A stretch of 12,630 bases of DNA from Candidatus Hodarchaeota archaeon (GTDB taxonomy: Archaea > Asgardarchaeota > Heimdallarchaeia > Hodarchaeales > Hodarchaeaceae): positions 1-12,630 of the forward strand of contig JAEOTQ010000246.1 in assembly GCA_016839785.1 (NCBI GenBank), read 5' to 3'. Of this stretch, positions 1-7,467 are shown piece by piece; the stretch's first letter is position 1, and each line of letters starts with the position of its first letter. The position numbers were made by a program, and so were the translations under genes. The notes beneath the pieces were generated by a model that was not told the origin of the DNA, did not search any database, and was given only the letters and a program-made list of their open reading frames with translations.

Positions 1-2
1 AC

Positions 3-521
3 AAAAATTTAGACCCTTATCCCATAACTATTCCTTACAAGACGGGCGGTCATTTCCTTTCGAAACCAATACTCATCTCTCCGATAGGTGGGGAGACACT
101 TCAGGGCACGGTGACCATTCAGTGGACAGCCTCAGCCGATTCACTAGGACATACGATAGTCTATGATATTGAACTCTCTACTGACGGTGGTACTAGTTGG
201 ACATCATTAATAACTGGGTTAACAACCCCCCATTATGTGTGGGATTCCACGACTATAGCTGATGGCAATAATTATCTTGTGAAAATCAATGCTAGTTGCG
301 TTGAAGGATTATGGCAGGTTGATATTTCTGATAGCACATTCAGTATTATTAACACAGTCACAACTGGAACTCCAACTAAGACTACTACGACAAGTACTCC
401 TACTACTATAGTCACAACAAACCCTCCAACTCTTCCAGTTCCATCATCAGGATTTAGTTTATTATCTGTCTTTGTAATAATTGCTGTAAGTCTAATCATC
501 AAGAAAAAGGATAAGAGATGA
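3..521 (+). CDS. C-terminal part of a cell-surface protein (end of a NosD/beta-helix-type domain, Ig/FN3-like domain, Thr-rich linker, C-terminal TM anchor); 5'-truncated by window
   Basis: The frame of ORF 111..521 is open back to position 3 (KNLDPYPITIPYKTGGHFLSKPILISPIGGETLQGTVTIQW...). NLDPYP matches the NEDPYP/NTDLFP ending of the two beta-helix proteins in this window. SPIGGE...TIQW is typical of small Ig-like domains. Ends with a Thr-rich stretch, SSGF, a hydrophobic helix and KKKDKR. Confidence 0.85.
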   Translation, partial: KNLDPYPITIPYKTGGHFLSKPILISPIGGETLQGTVTIQWTASADSLGHTIVYDIELSTDGGTSWTSLITGLTTPHYVWDSTTIADGNNYLVKINASCVEGLWQVDISDSTFSIINTVTTGTPTKTTTTSTPTTIVTTNPPTLPVPSSGFSLLSVFVIIAVSLIIKKKDKR

Positions 522-584
522 AGAGGAACTGAAATCATTAAGAGCGTGTATCGTTTGAGGATTTAGAATAAAGTAAGAGGTAGA

Positions 585-620
585 CTCCCCCATATCTCTT
601 TTCCCTTCCACCTTTTTTTC
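585..620 (+). terminator. Pyrimidine-rich/oligo-T archaeal-type terminator
   Basis: ctcccccatatctcttttcccttccacctttttttc downstream of the 3..521 gene; a similar tract follows the 608 aa gene (12224-12253). Confidence 0.45.
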
Positions 621-659
621 AATATTATGAGATCTCATTCATTAAAATCTGAAATAAAT

Positions 660-784
660 AAAAAGAACTCCATCCACCCAAATTTAGGTATATTCACTTT
701 AGTAATCGTTTTTCGTCAAACAGTTATCTCTATACTGAGCTTTCGGACTAACTCCTTGTACCTGTTGCGGACGGTCACTTCGGT
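660..784 (-). repeat. tfb 3'-end repeat R1 (orphan last 22 codons + stop at 716-784, 3'UTR and T-tract at 660-715)
   Basis: Minus strand 784->716 reads ACC GAA GTG ACC GTC CGC AAC AGG TAC AAG GAG TTA GTC CGA AAG CTC AGT ATA GAG ATA ACT GTT TGA = [22 protein letters not shown], identical to the tfb C-terminus. 10/69 nt differ from tfb, all synonymous. An in-frame TAG lies immediately upstream. Confidence 0.95.
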
Positions 785-900
785 CTATTATTCCTTTAAA
801 AGACCTATATAAAACAGGAAACAGATAAAAACCCATACTCTATTACGAATGTATTTTCAATATCAATCCTTTTCATATTGTTTCTAAGGAGAGAAAGATA

Positions 901-3900
901 GTGAAGAAAAAGAAATTTTCATTATCATTGCTAGTATTTATACTAATAGTTTTAGTTCAGGTTTTAAATGTTTTAATTTGGACTGAAACTGGAATTACTG
1001 CTCCTCAAACTACAATCTATCCTTCTAGATCATTATTCTCTATTTCTAAGCCAATGACATATATAGAACATGATCCTATCGACATTGATAATAATTCGGC
1101 ATTTGGCCCCTCAGGTTACAATTTTCCTGGAAGTGGCACCATTAACGATCCATATATAATCGGGGGGTATAATATCACCAATTCTGAGAAGAATTTGATA
1201 GATATTTACAACACTACAGTCTATTTCCAGATCAATAACAGTTGGTTAAATGGCTTAAATAGCATGAATTACGGTATCAATCTTGAAAAAGTCACAAACG
1301 GAATAATTACAGACAATGACATAATGAATAGCAGATATGGCATTAGGGTGACATCATCCTCAGAAAATAACACATTTACAGATAATACTGTAACCAACAA
1401 CACTTTTGCAAGTATTTATTTAGGTTCTACAGAAAATAACACTGTTATTGCTAATACTATTTGCTATAATTCTGGTATTGGGGTTTTAATCTCGGGTACC
1501 AACAATATTTTGTTCAACAATATAATCTATAATAACTCAAATGGCATAAAATTAGGTTCCGATAGAAATACTCTGTCAAATAATTCTATATTCAATAACA
1601 GTAACAATGGATTTCACTTGGAAAACTCATACAACAATACTATATTCAATAATACCATCTGTAATAACAAAGACGATGGAATATACTTGAGTCATTCGTC
1701 AAGCAACTCCATTACAAATAATACTATCTGTAACAACAATGACTATGGGATTAATCTTTACTTTTCGTCAAACAATACCATCGCTAATAATACGAGCAGT
1801 AACAATTACAAAGACGGAATATACCTACGTAGTTCGTCTAACAACAACAGCATTGGCAAGAACACTATCAATAACAACGACTACAACGGAATACGCTTGC
1901 AGTCTTCGTATAATAACACCATGATTAATAATGCGATCAACCACAGCTTCAATTCTGGGATTCACCTGTTTTATTCGACTGACAACACTATCGCTAATAA
2001 TAGCATATGTAACAACAACGACTACGGGATAAATCTTTATTCTTCGTCAAACAACACCATATTTTACAACAAAATGACAAATGATAGCCTTTACCTCTCA
2101 GGAAATGTCGTTAAAGACTGTGTACAACGTGAAGTGGTTGGTAACCTAGTTGGTGGAAAACCCCTAGTTTTTTGGCAGAGTATTACTAGCGGAGTAGTTC
2201 CTCTTGGAGCAGGGCAAGTCGTTTTGGTTAATACTACCACAGTTACTATTAGTGGTCAAAACTTATCTAAAACAAGAGTTGGTCTAGTAGTGACCTTCTG
2301 TCAGCAATTGAATATTAGTAATAATATCATCAGCAACAACGAAGACGGAATAATCATGGATTTTTCAAATACAAATACTATTGCTAATAATGAAATCAGG
2401 GACAATAACGACGATGGATTATTCCTGTATTATTCGACGGAGAATACTATTATTAATAATACCATCAATAACAACAATGACAGCGGAATATACCTGTTTT
2501 CTTCAACTATGAACACTCTTACAAATAATGCCATAAGTAACAACAAAGGCATTGGATTGTTCTTGGAGTCTTCAATTAATAACAACATTACCAATAATAC
2601 TGTCAGTAGCAATAAGGACGACGGAATAAACCTAGAGTCTTCACCTAACAACACCATTGCTCAAAATACCATTGAAAACAACTACGACGCCGGAATTTAT
2701 CTATATGATTCAGTTAACAACACTATTACTAATAATACTATCAAAAATAACACCATTTACGGAATGTATCTATCATCTTCAGCCGATAACAACCTCATAA
2801 CCTTTAATACTATCAGAAATAATAATAAACGCGGAATGCGTCTATTAAGATCAGCAAACAACATCATTGCTGATAATGCTATCAGTAAAAACAACGGTGA
2901 CGGAATTTATACGTTTGCTTCAGCCAACAACACCATTAACAATAATATTATCAATAACAACAGCGGTTACGGAATGTACGTGAGTTCTTCATCAAATTAC
3001 ACTATTTCTGAGAATATCATCAGCAATAACAGGGGATACGAAATATTCCTGTATTTTTCAACTAACAATACCATTAGTAATAATACTATTTTTGACAACA
3101 ACTACAAACACGGAATATCCATGAGTCATTCAGCTCACAATAGTATATTATGCAATAATTTGTCAAATGTAGGCCTTTCAATTTCTGGAAATGTAGTTGA
3201 AGAATGTTTACAACATGAAGTGGTTGGTAACCTTGTCAATGGGAAACCATTAATTTTTTGGCAGAATGTTGAAGGTGGAATAGTCCCTCTTGGTGCTGGG
3301 CAAATTGTCTTGGTCAATACAAGTGGTGTTATTATTAGTAGTCAAAACATATCTAATACTTCAGCAGGCGCAGTTGTAACCTTTAGTCATCAGATAAAGA
3401 TCACCAATAATGACATCAACGGAATATTCCTGACTTATTCAGCTAACAACACCATTAGCAATAATTACATCAACAACAACAGATATTACGGAATATACCT
3501 GGGTTCTTCTACAGAGAATACCATCAGTAATAACTACATCAACAACAACCACGATGGAATAGTTCTAAGTTCTTCAGCACACAACACCATTACTGAGAAT
3601 ATAATCAACAATAACGACGAGGATGGAATACGCCTGTTTTTTTCAGATAACAACACGGTTGCCAATAATATCATCAACAACAATGAAAACAACGGAATAA
3701 AACTGTCGCGCTCAGTCGACAACACCATTGGCAATAATTACATCATTAACAATACCAAAAACGGAATAGACCTGTATTATTCAGCTAATAACACCATTAG
3801 TTTTAATGATTTTGTAGGAAACAACCCAGGGGGACCATCTCAAGCATATGATTCAAATAATTTAGGCCAGGATAATATTTTTCACTTCAATTATTGGGAT

Positions 3901-4188
3901 GATTGGACCAACCCTGATAATAATGATGATGGTATTGTTGATAATCCTTATGCTATTTTTGGTGATGAATTTAATGAAGACCCCTATCCAGTGACGGCTC
4001 CTTATGATATCGATGTTAGTTCCCTCACTACAACAACAATCACTACCTCAACAACTAGGGAAACATCAATGACAGAAACAACGACATCTGAAAAAACAAT
4101 GACGATAACAACAAAAGCAGCAGATTTTGGCGTGATCTCAATATTTATAATTGCTTTAATTTTCCTTAACAGAAACCAAAGAACTTGA
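901..4188 (+). CDS. Membrane-anchored right-handed parallel beta-helix (NosD/pectin lyase-like, PbH1 repeats) surface protein, 1095 aa
   Basis: Basic/hydrophobic N-terminal signal, HDPIDI...GSGTINDPYIIG cap, many ~22 aa GIYL.SS.NNTI.NNTI.NN repeats, NYWDDW...DGIVDNPY...DPYP end, Thr-rich linker, TM and basic tail. GTG start preceded by AGGAG (887-891). Confidence 0.92.
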   Translation: MKKKKFSLSLLVFILIVLVQVLNVLIWTETGITAPQTTIYPSRSLFSISKPMTYIEHDPIDIDNNSAFGPSGYNFPGSGTINDPYIIGGYNITNSEKNLIDIYNTTVYFQINNSWLNGLNSMNYGINLEKVTNGIITDNDIMNSRYGIRVTSSSENNTFTDNTVTNNTFASIYLGSTENNTVIANTICYNSGIGVLISGTNNILFNNIIYNNSNGIKLGSDRNTLSNNSIFNNSNNGFHLENSYNNTIFNNTICNNKDDGIYLSHSSSNSITNNTICNNNDYGINLYFSSNNTIANNTSSNNYKDGIYLRSSSNNNSIGKNTINNNDYNGIRLQSSYNNTMINNAINHSFNSGIHLFYSTDNTIANNSICNNNDYGINLYSSSNNTIFYNKMTNDSLYLSGNVVKDCVQREVVGNLVGGKPLVFWQSITSGVVPLGAGQVVLVNTTTVTISGQNLSKTRVGLVVTFCQQLNISNNIISNNEDGIIMDFSNTNTIANNEIRDNNDDGLFLYYSTENTIINNTINNNNDSGIYLFSSTMNTLTNNAISNNKGIGLFLESSINNNITNNTVSSNKDDGINLESSPNNTIAQNTIENNYDAGIYLYDSVNNTITNNTIKNNTIYGMYLSSSADNNLITFNTIRNNNKRGMRLLRSANNIIADNAISKNNGDGIYTFASANNTINNNIINNNSGYGMYVSSSSNYTISENIISNNRGYEIFLYFSTNNTISNNTIFDNNYKHGISMSHSAHNSILCNNLSNVGLSISGNVVEECLQHEVVGNLVNGKPLIFWQNVEGGIVPLGAGQIVLVNTSGVIISSQNISNTSAGAVVTFSHQIKITNNDINGIFLTYSANNTISNNYINNNRYYGIYLGSSTENTISNNYINNNHDGIVLSSSAHNTITENIINNNDEDGIRLFFSDNNTVANNIINNNENNGIKLSRSVDNTIGNNYIINNTKNGIDLYYSANNTISFNDFVGNNPGGPSQAYDSNNLGQDNIFHFNYWDDWTNPDNNDDGIVDNPYAIFGDEFNEDPYPVTAPYDIDVSSLTTTTITTSTTRETSMTETTTSEKTMTITTKAADFGVISIFIIALIFLNRNQRT

Positions 4189-4376
4189 CTCAAACGTCTA
4201 AAAGAGAAAGAGCTCCACTTAAAGTACTATCTCTTCCTTATTCGGTTTTTTCGGCTTTTAAATGCCATTAGATTAAAATTCGCTTTCTTCTCTATTCCAA
4301 AAAATCCTTCTTCATTTTGTTGTCTTAATTTCTCAAATATTGTGAATGAAGTTAGAAATTTCTCCATTTATAATAG

Positions 4377-4504
4377 AAAAAAGAAAACTCTATCCACCCG
4401 AATTTTTATGTATTCACACTAATAAGCGTATTTTCTCAAACAGTGATCTCTATGCTGAGCTTTCGGACTAATTCCTTGTACCGATTGCGTACGGTGACTT
4501 CAGT
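4377..4504 (-). repeat. tfb 3'-end repeat R2 (coding part 4436-4504)
   Basis: Minus strand ACT GAA GTC ACC GTA CGC AAT CGG TAC AAG GAA TTA GTC CGA AAG CTC AGC ATA GAG ATC ACT GTT TGA gives the same 22 aa; 11/69 nt differ from tfb, all synonymous. The UTR shares aaaaaagaaaactc..tccacc..aattt with R3. Confidence 0.95.
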
Positions 4505-5102
4505 ATTGAAAACATCAATAAATCCATCACAAAGAAAACAAGAATAATAAAAAAAAGAATAGGGGGAGAGTCAACCAAGGGAAAGCTACTTCATTAATTC
4601 GAGTGTCTTTTTGAAAGTGAAATGAATGTCGATTAGAGGTTCAGCTCCAAAATTAACCAACAATCCAAGCGGATAACTCATAATTTGTTCCCAAAGTGCT
4701 TCATGGGAATCCGCGTTTACAATAGCAAGACCCCCACCGTCAATGGTCTGATAGACACAATCAATGGAACCATCTGCGAGCTTTGTTTCAAACCATTTAA
4801 TAGTAGCTTGGATTAACTCTCGATAATTTTCTGGGGCTTGAACTCCCTCACGGGGTTCTGCCACAACAAGGAATTTCAATCTTTTTCACCTCTCCTGTGA
4901 TATTCCTACCTAGGATAAAAAAGTTGGTTTTCAGAGGGCAAGAAAGGATAAATTCCGAGAAATAGACTTATTAGAAAAAAGAAAACTCCCTCCACCCAAA
5001 TTTAGGTGTATTCACTTTAGTAATCGTTTTTCGTCAAACAGTTATCTCTATACTGAGCTTTCGGACTAATTCCTTGTATCTGTTGCGTACGGTCACCTCG
5101 GT
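4505..5102. mobile_element. Putative inserted unit B (598 bp): tail R3 + 97 aa gene
   Basis: Bounded by equivalent junctions of R2 and R3; single small gene with its own RBS and downstream T-tract. Mobility is inferred. Confidence 0.6.
4586..4879 (-). CDS. Small alpha/beta protein, muconolactone delta-isomerase-like / DUF3303-like
   Basis: MKFLV start and GGGLAIVNADSHEALWEQIMSYPL motif resemble this family. TTG start preceded by a strong GGAGAGGTGA Shine-Dalgarno (4887-4896, minus strand); oligo-T tract downstream (4549-4556). Confidence 0.7.
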   Translation of the reverse strand: MKFLVVAEPREGVQAPENYRELIQATIKWFETKLADGSIDCVYQTIDGGGLAIVNADSHEALWEQIMSYPLGLLVNFGAEPLIDIHFTFKKTLELMK

Positions 5103-5105
5103 GAC
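4975..5105 (-). repeat. tfb 3'-end repeat R3 (coding part 5034-5105, [23 protein letters not shown])
   Basis: Minus strand GTC ACC GAG GTG ACC GTA CGC AAC AGA TAC AAG GAA TTA GTC CGA AAG CTC AGT ATA GAG ATA ACT GTT TGA; 11/69 nt differ from tfb, all synonymous. UTR 4984-5033 is 48/50 identical to R1 666-715. Confidence 0.95.
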
Positions 5106-5146
5106 AGTAAGTTCAAACATTTATATATACAGAATAGCAAGCAATG

Positions 5147-7408
5147 CTAGTAACGTTGATTTTTACGCGAAGGAAATAAGCTGATTATTAGTACAGATAG
5201 AACTATTAGAAATTCAAAAGCACTGGAAGTTTGTGATGTAGAACTATGAGGAGTTAAAGGATCACAGCTGGATTCAACTTCTTCTCCATCGCTTTCTCCA
5301 TCATTATCACTATCCCAATTGTTAGGATCTGTCCCTATCAAGTATTCGTTGAAGTTAGAAAGACCATCGCTATCTTTGTCTTGTTTAGCATCCAGTGGAT
5401 CCGAAGAATTAAGTCCCATATGATGTTCCCAACCATCAGGCATACCATCATCGTCAGTATCGGAGTCAGTAGCGTTTAATCCCAATTGAAATTCCTGTAG
5501 ATTTGTGAGATCGTCTCCATCAGAATCATGCGACGCATCGTTGGCACTAGAAGGTTTAAGTCCCATATGATGTTCCCAACCATCAGGCATACCATCATCG
5601 TCAGTATCGGAGTCAGTAGCGTTTAATCCCAATTGATATTCCTGCAGATTTGTGAGATCGTCTCCATCAGAATCCAGAGTAGCATCGAGGGGATTAGTGG
5701 CATTCAAATCCATTTGATATTCCCACTTATTCAACATACCGTCAAGATCTTTATCTTCCGTTGCATCTTGGGGATTAGTTATGTTTAACCCCATTTCATA
5801 TTCCCAACCATCAGGTATGGTATCTCCATCACTGTCAGGATTTGTAACATTAAAATCATTGCAAATTTCAAAGAAATCTGTCAATCCATCATAATCTGAG
5901 TCTATCCATGAGTTATGAAACAAACAAAGGATTGCATCACCTGGACCTTTGAGTTTCCAAGATTCATCCGTTGTTGGAAAAAACTCAGAGTAGGTTTCCC
6001 CGAATAAGACTATGTTCTCTTTCACATTAATACTATAGCCTCTTTCAAACTTTTCTCCTCCAATAAATGTACTCCATTGCAAAGTTCCAGAGTTAGAAAA
6101 TGAAGAAATGAATATATCCCCTTGGCCAACTAATGTTGAACTGTATGCATTTAGGGTAGGAAAATCAATTGATTGAGTGGTTCCAGCAATTACAACATTT
6201 CCTTGAATATCAATATCCATCGCAGAAACTCCATCAGTTGAGTTGCCTCCTATTAATGTACTCCAAAGTAGTGTCTGGTTGGATGCAAATTTAGAAAGAA
6301 AGGTATCAGATGAACTTCCTGCATTCAGAGCATTATCAAAAGCGTTTAATGTAGGAAAATCAGGAGAATAGGTTCTCCCAGCAATAAAAATATTGTTAAA
6401 ACGATCAATTGCTACAGTATTACACGTATCAGATTTGTTTCCACCAAAATAAGAACTCCAGATTAAGGAACTAGTGGGAGCGAATTTTATGATGACACCA
6501 TCAGAGGAATCATATTCATCATCAAATGCATTTAGGGTTGGAAAATTAAACGACCAAGTTGATCCAACGACTACGACATTGTTTTCAGAATCATGATCTA
6601 TTCCCGACCCACTATCGTCATTATAGCCACCCACAATAGTACTCCATAATATAGAACCGCTAGAAGAAAATTTTGAAATAAAAATATCAGATCCTCCAAT
6701 GTCACCTCCTGGTTTAGAATAATGAGCGTTTATAGTAGGGAAATCTGTGGATTCAGTTTGACCAGTGAGAATGATGTTGTCCAAGTTATCGATCGTAACA
6801 TCTCCTACTAACTCTTTATCTGATCCTCCAATGTATGTACTCCATATTAACAAACCAGCTGGGCTAAATTTTGAAATGAAAATATCGTAATCCGAATCTC
6901 CGTTGTGAGTATAATCATATGCATTTAAGGTAGGAAAATCTTTTGACTGAGTTCCCCCAATTGCTATAATATTATCATCACTATCAACTGTTACAATCTT
7001 ACCATCTTCATTCAAACTTCCACCTATATATGTACTCCACTGCAATGAACCATTAGGATAAAATTTTGATAAAAAAGCGTCCATATCACCATTGAGAGTA
7101 TTATCATATGAATTGAGGGTTGGGAAATCATTAGACCAAGTTGTACCTATTCCTATTATATTTCCGTGACTATCGATAGTAACATCCTTACCAGAATCAC
7201 TACCGCTTCCACCGAAGAAAGTACTGAAAGTGAGTAAATCTTGGAAGATCTCATTTTTCTTCATCGAATATAATAAAAAATTAACATCATTACAGAAAGT
7301 ATTCTCTTTGGAATGACAAGTAGTTATGCTAAAACTACACACTAGGATTGAACTTAATAGGATAAATTCTATAAGATAGACCATTTTTTGATATCGAAAT
7401 TGGATCAT
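5147..7408 (-). CDS. Surface protein with SBBP-type beta-propeller repeats, thrombospondin type-3-like Ca-binding repeats and C-terminal TM anchor, 753 aa
   Basis: About 7 repeats of WSTYIGGS..D.G..I.ID...NI...G.T.S.DFPTLNA.D....G..D.FISKF; DSDGD/DTDDDGMPDGWE repeats; Ser/Thr linker, SAFEF, hydrophobic helix, RKNQRY. Confidence 0.9.
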   Translation of the reverse strand: MIQFRYQKMVYLIEFILLSSILVCSFSITTCHSKENTFCNDVNFLLYSMKKNEIFQDLLTFSTFFGGSGSDSGKDVTIDSHGNIIGIGTTWSNDFPTLNSYDNTLNGDMDAFLSKFYPNGSLQWSTYIGGSLNEDGKIVTVDSDDNIIAIGGTQSKDFPTLNAYDYTHNGDSDYDIFISKFSPAGLLIWSTYIGGSDKELVGDVTIDNLDNIILTGQTESTDFPTINAHYSKPGGDIGGSDIFISKFSSSGSILWSTIVGGYNDDSGSGIDHDSENNVVVVGSTWSFNFPTLNAFDDEYDSSDGVIIKFAPTSSLIWSSYFGGNKSDTCNTVAIDRFNNIFIAGRTYSPDFPTLNAFDNALNAGSSSDTFLSKFASNQTLLWSTLIGGNSTDGVSAMDIDIQGNVVIAGTTQSIDFPTLNAYSSTLVGQGDIFISSFSNSGTLQWSTFIGGEKFERGYSINVKENIVLFGETYSEFFPTTDESWKLKGPGDAILCLFHNSWIDSDYDGLTDFFEICNDFNVTNPDSDGDTIPDGWEYEMGLNITNPQDATEDKDLDGMLNKWEYQMDLNATNPLDATLDSDGDDLTNLQEYQLGLNATDSDTDDDGMPDGWEHHMGLKPSSANDASHDSDGDDLTNLQEFQLGLNATDSDTDDDGMPDGWEHHMGLNSSDPLDAKQDKDSDGLSNFNEYLIGTDPNNWDSDNDGESDGEEVESSCDPLTPHSSTSQTSSAFEFLIVLSVLIISLFPSRKNQRY
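5409..5674. repeat. Intragenic near-perfect duplication (119 bp x2, period 147 bp = 49 aa)
   Basis: 5409-5527 vs 5556-5674 are identical at 117/119 positions. Confidence 0.9.
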
Positions 7409-7467
7409 TTCTAAACCTCATTTTCTCAATTATCTCCCTTTCCGTGTTCTGTGTTAAGGTGCAATTA

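Larger units (their letters stand above)
785..4504. mobile_element. Putative inserted unit C (3720 bp): tail R2 + one beta-helix surface protein gene
   Basis: Bounded by equivalent junctions of repeats R1 and R2; contains one gene and no mobility gene. Mobility is inferred. Confidence 0.6.

Noticed and set aside
627-812. 61 aa ORF on + strand
   Set aside because: It is the antisense reading of tfb tail repeat R1; the synonymous pattern supports the minus-strand frame.
1600-3800. AAC-rich repeats as a diversity-generating retroelement target
   Set aside because: No reverse transcriptase and no template/variable repeat pair with adenine-specific mismatches; Asn ladders of a beta-helix explain the composition.
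272-4193. Short overlapping ORFs (272-538, 1739-1924, 2430-2657, 3135-3317, 3534-3734, 4002-4193)
   Set aside because: Shadow ORFs of Thr/Asn-rich real genes, with no independent features.
660-5105. Repeats as CRISPR array or integron attC sites
   Set aside because: Repeats are ~125 bp, spaced 0.6-7 kb apart and encode the TFB C-terminus. There are no cas genes, no integron integrase and no long attC-type hairpin.
716-5105. Orphan tails as decayed tfb paralogues/pseudogenes
   Set aside because: Homology stops at the same codon position in all copies, with no upstream tfb remnants and no disabling or nonsynonymous changes.
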